Origin: an uncultured Ignavibacteriales bacterium
GTDB taxonomy: Bacteria > Zixibacteria > MSB-5A5 > GN15 > FEB-12
Assembly (NCBI GenBank): GCA_964540105.1
Contig: CAZILL010000002.1
Location: 811,705 to 875,704, forward strand
Direction: 5' to 3'
Length of the DNA stretch: 64,000 nt
Below, one piece after another: positions 53,970 to 62,466 of the stretch (the stretch's first letter is position 1; every line of letters starts with the position of its first letter). Position numbers and translations under genes: made by a program. The notes beneath the pieces were generated by a model. The model was given only the letters and a program-made list of their open reading frames with translations, was not told where the DNA came from and ran no database searches.

Positions 53970-54959
53970 ATGCACACTGACATTCAGCAAATTCAATCAC
54001 TTGTAGAGAAAGAATCCTCTTTTGTGGATCGACTCACCGGCCAGATCAGTTCGGTCATAGTCGGACAGAAATATCTGATCGAACGGTTACTCGTTGGGGT
54101 CCTCTCCAATGGGCATATCCTGATCGAAGGGGTACCTGGACTGGCGAAAACGCTATCGGTGAAGACGCTTGCCGATGCCATTCAAGTAAAGTTTCGCCGT
54201 CTGCAGTTCACCCCTGACCTGCTGCCAGCCGACCTGATCGGAACCATGATCTACAACCCGCAGAAGGCGGAGTTTACGGTTCGCAAAGGGCCGATTTTCG
54301 CCAATATCATTTTGGCCGATGAAATCAACCGTGCCCCTGCCAAAGTGCAGTCAGCGTTGCTCGAAGCCATGCAGGAGCGTCAGGTTACGATTGGAGAAAA
54401 CTCCTTCAAGCTAGACGAACCGTTCCTCGTTCTTGCGACCCAGAATCCTATCGAACAGGAAGGAACCTACCCGCTTCCCGAAGCCCAGATCGACCGCTTC
54501 ATGCTGATGCTCAAAATCACCTATCCCAAACCGGCGGAAGAGCGCGAGATCATGGATCGCAACACGGCGGTCGGCGTTGCGGATGTGGCCCGTGTCATCG
54601 CTCCTGATGACATTCTCAGGGCACGCACCGTCGTTCGCTCTGTTTACGTTGACGAAAAGATCAAGGACTACATCATCAACGTCATCTTTGCTACCCGCGA
54701 ACCGGCAAAGTACGGTCTCGGGGATCTCGCCAGTCTGATTGCCTTTGGCGCGTCGCCGCGGGCAACGATATACCTCAATCTGGCCGCCAAGGCGCACGCC
54801 TTCATGAAGGGGCGGGGTTATGTAACCCCGGAAGACATCAAGGCTATTGGTGCCGACGTTCTGCGACACCGTGTACTTCTGACCTACGAAGCCGAAGCGG
54901 AAGAAGTCACCTCGGACGACATTGTCAAACGTGTTTTCGATGCCATTGAAGTGCCGTAA
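53970..54959 (+). CDS. moxR: MoxR-family AAA+ ATPase
   Basis: It has ILIEGVPGLAKTLSVKTLA (Walker A), ILADEINRAPAKVQSALLEAMQERQVT (Walker B / sensor region), LVLATQNPIEQEGTYPLPEAQIDRF and ASPRATIYL. Confidence 0.92.
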   Translation: MHTDIQQIQSLVEKESSFVDRLTGQISSVIVGQKYLIERLLVGVLSNGHILIEGVPGLAKTLSVKTLADAIQVKFRRLQFTPDLLPADLIGTMIYNPQKAEFTVRKGPIFANIILADEINRAPAKVQSALLEAMQERQVTIGENSFKLDEPFLVLATQNPIEQEGTYPLPEAQIDRFMLMLKITYPKPAEEREIMDRNTAVGVADVARVIAPDDILRARTVVRSVYVDEKIKDYIINVIFATREPAKYGLGDLASLIAFGASPRATIYLNLAAKAHAFMKGRGYVTPEDIKAIGADVLRHRVLLTYEAEAEEVTSDDIVKRVFDAIEVP

Positions 54960-54968
54960 GTCGACGCT

Positions 54969-55844
54969 ATGATCCCTCGCGAGATTCTAAAGAAAGTCCG
55001 CCGTATCGAAATCTCGACCAAACGGCTGGTCAACAATCTCTTCTCCGGAGAGTATCACTCAACCTTCAAGGGACAGGGGATGGAATTCGAGGAGGTTCGT
55101 CTCTATCAACCCGGTGATGAAATTCGCCTCATCGACTGGAATGTTACGGCTCGTACGGGAGTTCCCTATATCAAGAAATTCTGCGAAGAGAGAGAACTTA
55201 CCGTTGTCCTTCTATTTGACGCTTCGTCGTCGGGGCGATTCGGAACCCGCGGACGCTTCAAGAATGACACTGCCGCCGAGTTGTGCGCCCTGCTGGCCTT
55301 TTCCGCCATCAAGAATAATGATAAGGTCGGGTTGATCATCTTTACCGACCAGATCGAAAAATTTGTTCCACCCAAGAAGGGACGCGCCCATGTACTCCGC
55401 CTGATTCGCGAAATCCTCTATTTTCAGCCGAAGGGAACTCGCACCGACATAACCGGCGCGTTGGAGTACTTCAATCGGGTGATCAAGCGTAAGTCGGTTG
55501 TGTTTCTCATCTCGGATTTCCTTTCCGAGGGTTTCTATAAACCCCTTCAGATCGCCAACAACAAGCACGACGTCATTGCCGTCAAGGTGAGTGACCCGCG
55601 CGAGACCGGTTTCGACGACCTGGGGCTCATTGAGCTTGAAGACACTGAGACCGGTGAAGTGCTCCTTGTGGATACCGGGTCCAAGGAATTTCGCAACGAG
55701 TTTTCAGCTCGGGCACGGGAGGATTTCTCAGCCCTGCGTCGAGGGTTCCAACTGATCAATCTGGATTTCATCAACATTCGCACCGATCAGTCATACATCG
55801 TGCCGTTGATCAACTTTTTCAAGATGCGAGAGAGGAGGCACTGA
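54969..55844 (+). CDS. DUF58 domain protein (MoxR-associated, VWA-like)
   Basis: GEYHSTFKGQGMEFEEVRLYQPGDEIRLIDWNVTARTG is the DUF58 signature. It is followed by a degenerate VWA-like fold (VVLLFDASSSGRFG). Confidence 0.9.
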   Translation: MIPREILKKVRRIEISTKRLVNNLFSGEYHSTFKGQGMEFEEVRLYQPGDEIRLIDWNVTARTGVPYIKKFCEERELTVVLLFDASSSGRFGTRGRFKNDTAAELCALLAFSAIKNNDKVGLIIFTDQIEKFVPPKKGRAHVLRLIREILYFQPKGTRTDITGALEYFNRVIKRKSVVFLISDFLSEGFYKPLQIANNKHDVIAVKVSDPRETGFDDLGLIELEDTETGEVLLVDTGSKEFRNEFSARAREDFSALRRGFQLINLDFINIRTDQSYIVPLINFFKMRERRH

Positions 55845-56755
55845 TGAGAGGGAAGTTTCTGGAAAGGCTCCTGACATTTGTCATCGTTATGGCCACGTTC
55901 GTCGCGTTACTTTCATGTGCTGAGAAGAAAGCAGGAGTATCGATCGAGCTGCGCAAGAAGCTGGCCGGAGATCTCCGCGACAACAAGCTCTACGGAGCGG
56001 CGATAGAGGAATACTTGCAGGTGTTGTCGGGTGACGAACTCGATAATGTCCAGCGCGGTACCTTGAGCTATCTGATCGCTCGGATCTACTTCGATGATCT
56101 CAAGGACTATGCAAACGCTGCGGCCTACTATGTGCGCGCACGCGGATACGATGCCAACGGCTCATACAACAATGAAGCCATGCAAAATCTGGTCGCTTGC
56201 CTCGAAAAGATGGGACAGTATGTCGATGCCCGGCGCGAGCTTGGGGCTGCCACCGACATCAAGGCTGAAGCGAAGCAGAGCGGCGATGTAGAAGTGGCCC
56301 GCATCGGCGGCACACCTATCTGGAAATCCGAGGTTGAAAGCCAGATACAAACCCTGCCACCCAACATGCAAAAAGAATTCGTGACACCTGAAGGGAAACG
56401 GAACTTCGTTCGGCAATATGTCGGCTCGGAACTCATGTATCGCGCCGCCCTGCGTGAAGGGTACGATCGCGATCAGGAAGTTATGCGCAAGAGAGAGCTG
56501 CTCGCGAAGAATCTTGTCGTGAATAAGTACGTTATCGAGAAAGTCATGCCCGAGGTGAAGATCGACACCCAGGATGTTCGCAATTTCTACGTCGCCAACA
56601 AAGATGCCCGATACAAGAATGCCCCGTATGACTCCGTCAAGGCTCAGGTGTTTCTCGACTATCAGGCTGAGAAGGCACAGGCGGCATTCGGGATCTATAT
56701 CGATAAGCTGGCTCGGAGTGAGCAGGTCGAGTTTCTCGACCAGAACATCAGGTAG
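55844..56755 (+). CDS. lipoprotein with TPR-like N-terminus and SurA-N/PpiD-like chaperone domain (no parvulin domain)
   Basis: The lipobox is ALLSC, followed by TPR-like helices. The SurA-N-like pattern is VARIGGTPIWKSEVESQIQTLPP...FVRQYVGSELMYRAALREG...NFYVANKDARY. Its start overlaps the DUF58 stop. Confidence 0.6.
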   Translation: MRGKFLERLLTFVIVMATFVALLSCAEKKAGVSIELRKKLAGDLRDNKLYGAAIEEYLQVLSGDELDNVQRGTLSYLIARIYFDDLKDYANAAAYYVRARGYDANGSYNNEAMQNLVACLEKMGQYVDARRELGAATDIKAEAKQSGDVEVARIGGTPIWKSEVESQIQTLPPNMQKEFVTPEGKRNFVRQYVGSELMYRAALREGYDRDQEVMRKRELLAKNLVVNKYVIEKVMPEVKIDTQDVRNFYVANKDARYKNAPYDSVKAQVFLDYQAEKAQAAFGIYIDKLARSEQVEFLDQNIR

Positions 56756-56770
56756 ATAATCGCAGGTTCC

Positions 56771-57805
56771 ATGTCTCGCAATTCAGTTCCACTACTCATC
56801 GTTCTTGTGAGCCTGTTGGCATTTGCAGGCCACTCTTCGCTGTTTGCCGAACCGATCTCGGATACCGCGGCTTCAATCCCCGGTATAGAAATCAGTACGT
56901 CTGTGGATCTGGCCGAAGTCTACGTCGGCGATCTGATCACGTACAAGGTGACGATCATTCACGATTCCACAATTCGGCTTGTCCCACCGCCACTCGGCGC
57001 CAATTTAGGGGCCTTTGATGTAAAGGACTACCAACCCGATCAAGAGACCAAGCTCCCCGACGGGCGGATCAGAAGTGAGACGAAATTTGTACTCAGCACT
57101 TTCACCACCGGCAAGTACATTATCCCGGCGCTACCGATTCTCTTCCGAATGCCGGACAGTACTGCCCGCGTGATGCTCGCCGAGGCCGTTTCCATCAATG
57201 TGCTTTCTCTGCTTGAGAATGCGAGCGACTCGGCCGACATCCGACCACTTAAGAACCCACACGAATTCAAGCGAAACTGGATGCCATATGTTCTTGCGGG
57301 AGTGGCCGGTATTGTCCTCCTGGTCGCCGCTCTGCTGCTCTGGCTGAAGTTTCGCCGGAAGAAAGGCGCCGTCGATGCTGTGGATTTGCGCCCCCCCTGG
57401 GAGATCGCGTTCGAAAGACTGGCTCTCCTTAAGACGAGTCGCCTGATCGAGGAAGAGAAATTCAAGCAGTACTACATTGAATTGACCGAGATTGTCCGCG
57501 GCTATCTGGCTCGTATGTATGCCATCACCGTGCTCGACATGACAACCGAGGAGTTTCTCTTGCAATTCAGGGACATGACCCTTCCCGCTTACCTTCTGGA
57601 GAACACGGCGTCTTTCCTCCGGCACGCAGATCTCGTGAAATTCGCTAAGTATGTGCCCGAGTCTGAGAGGATCGAGGCCGATTTTTGTACGGCTCATGAT
57701 GTTGTTGAGATCGTACGCGTCGATTTCGAACAGCGCCAGAGGATGCAGATCAACCAGGCTGATTCGCCGCAGTCGGAGCAACCGGTAGGTGGGGGAGAGG
57801 TATGA
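56771..57805 (+). CDS. BatD-N-like ectodomain / TM / DUF4381-like tail protein (paralogue of 53061-53951)
   Basis: It has a signal peptide, a beta-rich ectodomain, a TM helix (YVLAGVAGIVLLVAALLLWL) and a tail containing RPPWEIAFERLALLK, MTTEEFLLQF and LRHADLVKFAKYVP. Confidence 0.6.
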   Translation: MSRNSVPLLIVLVSLLAFAGHSSLFAEPISDTAASIPGIEISTSVDLAEVYVGDLITYKVTIIHDSTIRLVPPPLGANLGAFDVKDYQPDQETKLPDGRIRSETKFVLSTFTTGKYIIPALPILFRMPDSTARVMLAEAVSINVLSLLENASDSADIRPLKNPHEFKRNWMPYVLAGVAGIVLLVAALLLWLKFRRKKGAVDAVDLRPPWEIAFERLALLKTSRLIEEEKFKQYYIELTEIVRGYLARMYAITVLDMTTEEFLLQFRDMTLPAYLLENTASFLRHADLVKFAKYVPESERIEADFCTAHDVVEIVRVDFEQRQRMQINQADSPQSEQPVGGGEV

Positions 57806-58848
57806 TGAGCGCGCTCGAATTCTCCGGATTCGGCCTCAACGTGTTCGATGTCGTCGATACGACCATCCCGGCGTTCCTGATCTTCTCGCTTGGTTTTATA
57901 GTCATCGTCGGGATGATCCTGTTTCAACGGAGCAAGCGTCGCCAATCAGCTACGCTCAAGTATTCCGACATCCGCATTGTCAAGCGGGCCGGTCGCACCA
58001 GCCGCCAGAGACTTCGCGTACTGTTACCGACGCTGCGGATCGCAGCCATAGCTTTGTTCGTCGTCGCTTTTGCCCGCCCGCGCTCGGGAACAGAGGTGAC
58101 CGACGTTAATTCCGAGGGGATCGACATCATGATGGTACTCGACGTTTCCTCTTCGATGCTCGCTGAGGACTTCAAACCGAACAACCGACTTTATGTAGCG
58201 AAAGAGGAATTGAAGCGCTTTGTCACCAAGCGCAAGAATGACCGGATCGGCCTGGTGGTCTTCGCTCGCCACGCGTTCACGCAGTGCCCCCTGACTGTTG
58301 ACTATGGCGTCTTATTGAATTTCGTCGATCAGGTCGATATCGGCACTGTCGACGATGGCACCGCCATCGGCATGGCGATCGCAACCGGCGTCAATCGACT
58401 GCGGGAATCCACCGCGAAATCGAAAGTGATGATTCTCTTGACCGATGGTGATAACAATGCCGGCGAGATTGACCCAATAACGGCGGCCAATCTGGCTCAA
58501 GCCATGGATATCAAGATATATACCATCGGAGTGGGTGTCCCTGGCAACGCCATGTTCCCGTATCAGGATCCAATTTTCGGGAAAAGGTATGTCTATCAAC
58601 CAGTCCGGATCGACGAAGAGAGTCTCAGGGAAATCGCCAGCCGTACGGGAGGGCGCTATTATCGCGCCCGATCCGGTGAAGAACTTGACCAGATCTATAG
58701 CACCATTGACGAGCTGGAGAAGACCGAGATCAAGATATCGGCGCATATCCAGTACAAGGAACTCTTTCAGTATTTCGCTTATGCTGGATTGCTACTGTTG
58801 ACGCTTGAACTGATCCTCGCGAATACATACTTCAGAAAGTTGCCATGA
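57802..58848 (+). CDS. batA: VWA-domain membrane protein BatA
   Basis: It has N-terminal TM helices, a VWA domain with MIDAS DVSSSMLAEDFKPNRL, then ILLTDGDNNAG, and a C-terminal TM helix. It overlaps the upstream stop by 4 nt. Confidence 0.85.
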   Translation: MMSALEFSGFGLNVFDVVDTTIPAFLIFSLGFIVIVGMILFQRSKRRQSATLKYSDIRIVKRAGRTSRQRLRVLLPTLRIAAIALFVVAFARPRSGTEVTDVNSEGIDIMMVLDVSSSMLAEDFKPNNRLYVAKEELKRFVTKRKNDRIGLVVFARHAFTQCPLTVDYGVLLNFVDQVDIGTVDDGTAIGMAIATGVNRLRESTAKSKVMILLTDGDNNAGEIDPITAANLAQAMDIKIYTIGVGVPGNAMFPYQDPIFGKRYVYQPVRIDEESLREIASRTGGRYYRARSGEELDQIYSTIDELEKTEIKISAHIQYKELFQYFAYAGLLLLTLELILANTYFRKLP

Positions 58849-58873
58849 AGAAGCGGCGGAGGAGATTACCGTA

Positions 58874-59896
58874 ATGCGTTTCGCGGAACCGATGAATTTC
58901 CTGCTCCTGATCGGAGTTCTGATCATGGGCGCTTTCATGTTCTGGGCGATAGCCCGCAAGAAGCGTCTGCTTTCCCGATTCGGCGATTTGCCGCTCCTGA
59001 TGAAAGCCGCGCCGTACATATCATTTGCCCGACAGAGAACAAAGGCCACCTTCCTGATATTGGCCCTCGTTTTCATTGTCGTTGCCGTCGCCCGTCTGCA
59101 GTTCGGCACGCATCTGGAAATGCTGAAACGGGAAGGAATCGATATCTTCGTTGCACTCGACGTTTCCACATCGATGCTCGCGCAGGACATCAAGCCCAGT
59201 CGACTGGACAAAGCCAAACAGGAGTTGCGGAGTATTATCGACCGACTCAAAGGGGATCGGATCGGACTGGTCGCGTTCGCGGGCGAGGCTTTTGTGCAGT
59301 GTCCGCTGACTCTCGACTACGGCGCCGCGCGGCTTCTGCTCTCTGTGATGGATAACACTTCGGTATCGATCCAGGGAACATCGATTTCTTCTGCGATCAA
59401 GGTGGCCGAGAAGTCGTTCGATCAGCAGGAAAAGAAGCACAAGGTTCTGGTGCTGCTGACCGATGGGGAAGACCTTGAGGGGGGCGCACAGGAGGCGGCT
59501 GAAGAGGCGCGGAAAGACGGCGTCAAAGTGTATACGGTTGGCATAGGGAATCCCGCCGGGCAGCCCATTCCAGTGTTGGATCGCAGCGGAAATCAGGTTG
59601 GGTTCAAGAAGGATGACAACGGAGAAGTAATCATCTCAAAGCTCGACGAAGAAGCGCTCCAGAAAATCTCTCTGGCGACCGGAGGAAAGTACTACAACGC
59701 CTCGGCGGGTGAAATGGAACTGGATCGAATCTTTGAGGAGATTGGTAAAATGGAAAAGAAGGATCTGGAAGGAACGCTTGTGACCAAGTATGACGATCGA
59801 TACCAGTGGCCGTTGCTCCTTGCCCTGATTTTCATCGTTGGAGAGTTCTTCCTTTCGGAGAGGAAGCGACCAATGGAGGGGACCGGCAATGCGTGA
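58874..59896 (+). CDS. batB: VWA-domain membrane protein BatB
   Basis: It has MIDAS DVSTSMLAQDIKPSRL, then VLLTDGEDLEG, and a C-terminal TM helix. Confidence 0.85.
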   Translation: MRFAEPMNFLLLIGVLIMGAFMFWAIARKKRLLSRFGDLPLLMKAAPYISFARQRTKATFLILALVFIVVAVARLQFGTHLEMLKREGIDIFVALDVSTSMLAQDIKPSRLDKAKQELRSIIDRLKGDRIGLVAFAGEAFVQCPLTLDYGAARLLLSVMDNTSVSIQGTSISSAIKVAEKSFDQQEKKHKVLVLLTDGEDLEGGAQEAAEEARKDGVKVYTVGIGNPAGQPIPVLDRSGNQVGFKKDDNGEVIISKLDEEALQKISLATGGKYYNASAGEMELDRIFEEIGKMEKKDLEGTLVTKYDDRYQWPLLLALIFIVGEFFLSERKRPMEGTGNA

Positions 59897-60656
59897 GAAT
59901 CTGCTGGTTTTCATCTTTGTCACGGTCTCGGCCTGCTCGGCCTTTGCGGAAGACTACGTCAGTAAAGTCCGCAAAGGAAACGCCGCAATGAAGACCGGGG
60001 ACTATAAGACCGCTTTGGAGTGTTACCACGACGCCGAAACCGAAATCCCGGAATCGGCTGAGCTCGATTACAACATAGCCGGTGCGCTGCACGGTCAGGG
60101 GAATTACGAACAGGCGGTCGAGAAATTCAATCGCGCCATGAAAACGACCGATGTTGGGCTTGAATCGAACGCCAGCTATAATCTTGGGAATACCTATTTC
60201 CGAATGAAGGATTTCGAGAAGGCTATCAATTCGTACGAGAATGCCCTCAAGGCCAACCCGGCGGACCAGGACGCGAAGTTCAATCTTGAACTTGCGAGAA
60301 AGAAGCTTAAAGAGCAGATTAAGCCGCAACAGCAGAACGATCAGGACAAACAAGACAAGCAGGACAAGCAGGACAAGCAGGATCAGGAGAAGAAGGATCA
60401 GCAGCAACAGGACCAGCAGCAACAGCAGCAGCAGGACCAGCAGAATCAACAAGATCAACAAGACAAGCAGAATCAACAGGATAAGCAGGATCAGAAGAAC
60501 GAGAACCAGCAGCAGCGTGCACAAAAAGACGCAAAGCAGATGTCCAAAGAAGATGCCGAACGAATACTAAATGCACTGCGTGACGATGAGAAGGACATTC
60601 AGAAGAAGATCAAGCGTGAAACCGTCAAAGGGGACTATGTCGGTAAGGACTGGTAG
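59889..60656 (+). CDS. batC: TPR protein BatC-like with Gln/Asp/Lys-rich low-complexity tail
   Basis: It has a signal peptide (MRENLLVFIFVTVSACSAFA) and TPR repeats (YKTALECYHDAE..., YEQAVEKFNRAM, FEKAINSYENALKANP). A ~60-aa Q/D/K-rich tract follows. The start is set at ATG 59889, which overlaps the batB stop (ATGCGTGA). Confidence 0.65.
   Translation: MRENLLVFIFVTVSACSAFAEDYVSKVRKGNAAMKTGDYKTALECYHDAETEIPESAELDYNIAGALHGQGNYEQAVEKFNRAMKTTDVGLESNASYNLGNTYFRMKDFEKAINSYENALKANPADQDAKFNLELARKKLKEQIKPQQQNDQDKQDKQDKQDKQDQEKKDQQQQDQQQQQQQDQQNQQDQQDKQNQQDKQDQKNENQQQRAQKDAKQMSKEDAERILNALRDDEKDIQKKIKRETVKGDYVGKDW
60328..60516 (+). repeat. imperfect trinucleotide/nonanucleotide coding repeat (CAG/GAC/AAG-rich)
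   Basis: GACAAGCAG occurs three times in perfect tandem (60354-60380), within ~190 nt made almost entirely of CAG/CAA/GAC/GAT/AAG codons. It encodes QQQNDQDKQDKQDKQDKQDQEKKDQQQQDQQQQQQQDQQNQQDQQDKQNQQDKQDQKNENQQQ. Confidence 0.8.
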
Positions 60657-62466
60657 TCACATCGGAATCTGGCGCCGTTTGATCCTCTTTGGGCTAACCG
60701 CTGTCGTGCTGGCGGCGGGGAGAATCTCCGCAACAGACGTTTCGATTGCTGCGGCACTCAGTCCGGACACCGTCGGCGTAGAGGAGCAGAGCGTCCTCGA
60801 GGTCACCGTCTCAGGCGCGGACCAGAATTTTCCCCAACTGCAAATGCCCACGTTGTCGACTGTCGAAGTGTACTCTCAGGGTCAGGCAAGTAATATCAAT
60901 ATTGTCAACGGAGCTGTGAGCGCCTCGATTACTTACCGCTTCCTGCTCATCCCGCGCAAACCAGGAACGATCAATTTACAGGGAATATTCGTCATGAAGG
61001 ACGGCAAGCGATTCGACGCCGACCCGATCCGCTTGACCGTTCTCGACAAACCCAAGTCCGCGTCACCTCGTTCGGAACCGCGGGCCGCTGACGGACAGGG
61101 GAACAGTCGAGACTACTTCCTTGAAGCGGTGGTCGACAAGAAGACTCCGTTCGTCAACGAGCAAGTCACGCTCACGTTGAAGTTCTTCATTGGCGTGCAG
61201 TATTACAGCAGTCCCGAACTCGACGAACCTGCGACGACAGGGTTTTGGACCGAAGTGCTTGGCAACAGCTCCCCCTATTTTCAGAAGGTCGGCGGCCGCA
61301 ATTATCGCGTGATTGAGCGCAAGTATGCGCTCTTCCCGACTCAAACCGGCGAGCTGACCATTGGTCGTGCGGCCATCAGCACAACGGTCGCGGCCCGTGC
61401 GCAGCGTCGGGATCCATTCGATATGTTCGGGGACATGTTTGCCCAGGGGCAGAAGATCACGACCGCCTCTCAACCGATCACGATTCAGGTCAGACCGCTT
61501 CCGCAGGAAGGACAGCCGGCTGATTTCAGCGGCTCGGTCGGCAAATTCGATATCAGTGTCCTCGCCGACAAGACTCAGGTTGAAGTCAATCAACCGGTCA
61601 CAGTCAAAGTGAAAATCGCAGGTGCCGGAAACATCAAGTCAATTGCCGAGCCAAAAATTCCCGATCTTCAGGATTTCCGCGTCTACCGCGCGTCAAGCAA
61701 TGAGAGCTCCGCGAAGATCAACGATCGCCTGAGTGGGACAAAGGTATATGAGGAAGTTTTCATGCCCAAACGTCCGGGGATACTGGAGATTCCCGCCTTG
61801 GCCTTCAACTACTTCGATCCCGATCGCGGTCGCTACGAAACACTGATGACAAAGCCGATCAGCATTTCCGTGGCGAAACCGGAGGGCTACCTTTCGTCAC
61901 CTGACATTCCCTATTCGTCCCCCGCAGCGATCATTGGCAGCCAGGCACAGGACATACGGTACATCAAGAGTGATGCAGGCGATCTCAGGCCAATTGGCAA
62001 GCTCGTGATCCTCACGCCGGCATACCTGCTCGCCAACGGACTGCCGGTCGCGGTATTGGTCGGCTTGGTGGTCATGCGCAGAAGACGCGACCGGCTTTCA
62101 GCGGATATCGGCTATGCTCGTTCGCGGAGTGCGTCACGTGGCGCTCGCAAACGATTAGGCAAAGCGCGTTCGCTCGCGAAACTTGAGACAGCGCAGGAAT
62201 TCTACGGCGAACTGAGCCTCGTCGTTACAGCGTACGTGGCCGACAAACTGAACGTCTCTCCGCACGGTCTGATGAGTGACAAGATAGGTGAACTCCTCGC
62301 CGACATGGAGGCGACCTCGGATCTCATCAATGATGTCACGCGGTTCCTGCGCCAGTGCGATTTCGCGCGTTTTGCCCCGACTTCAATGTCCGCTTCGGAT
62401 CTGGAATCGGCGCTCTCGTCGGCGGAGAGTATCATGGTGCGCATGGAGGAGGTGAAGTTTGGATAA
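60637..62466 (+). CDS. batD: BatD-like (oxygen-tolerance) protein
   Basis: About 609 aa with a signal peptide and a large beta-rich ectodomain made of repeated modules. A TM helix lies near residue ~490 (LLANGLPVAVLVGLVVM), and the cytoplasmic tail ends LRQCDFARFAP. It sits after batC. The start is set at ATG 60637. Confidence 0.7.
   Translation: MSVRTGSHIGIWRRLILFGLTAVVLAAGRISATDVSIAAALSPDTVGVEEQSVLEVTVSGADQNFPQLQMPTLSTVEVYSQGQASNINIVNGAVSASITYRFLLIPRKPGTINLQGIFVMKDGKRFDADPIRLTVLDKPKSASPRSEPRAADGQGNSRDYFLEAVVDKKTPFVNEQVTLTLKFFIGVQYYSSPELDEPATTGFWTEVLGNSSPYFQKVGGRNYRVIERKYALFPTQTGELTIGRAAISTTVAARAQRRDPFDMFGDMFAQGQKITTASQPITIQVRPLPQEGQPADFSGSVGKFDISVLADKTQVEVNQPVTVKVKIAGAGNIKSIAEPKIPDLQDFRVYRASSNESSAKINDRLSGTKVYEEVFMPKRPGILEIPALAFNYFDPDRGRYETLMTKPISISVAKPEGYLSSPDIPYSSPAAIIGSQAQDIRYIKSDAGDLRPIGKLVILTPAYLLANGLPVAVLVGLVVMRRRRDRLSADIGYARSRSASRGARKRLGKARSLAKLETAQEFYGELSLVVTAYVADKLNVSPHGLMSDKIGELLADMEATSDLINDVTRFLRQCDFARFAPTSMSASDLESALSSAESIMVRMEEVKFG

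Noticed and set aside
57131-57781. 216-aa minus-strand ORF
   Set aside because: It is antisense to the DUF4381-like Bat-cluster gene. It has no recognisable features.
59832-60524. 230-aa minus-strand ORF with an extreme poly-Leu N-terminus (LLVLVLLILLILL...)
   Set aside because: It is the reverse complement of the CAG/GAC/AAG repeat in the BatC-like gene (CTG/CTT codons). It overlaps two well-supported + strand genes.
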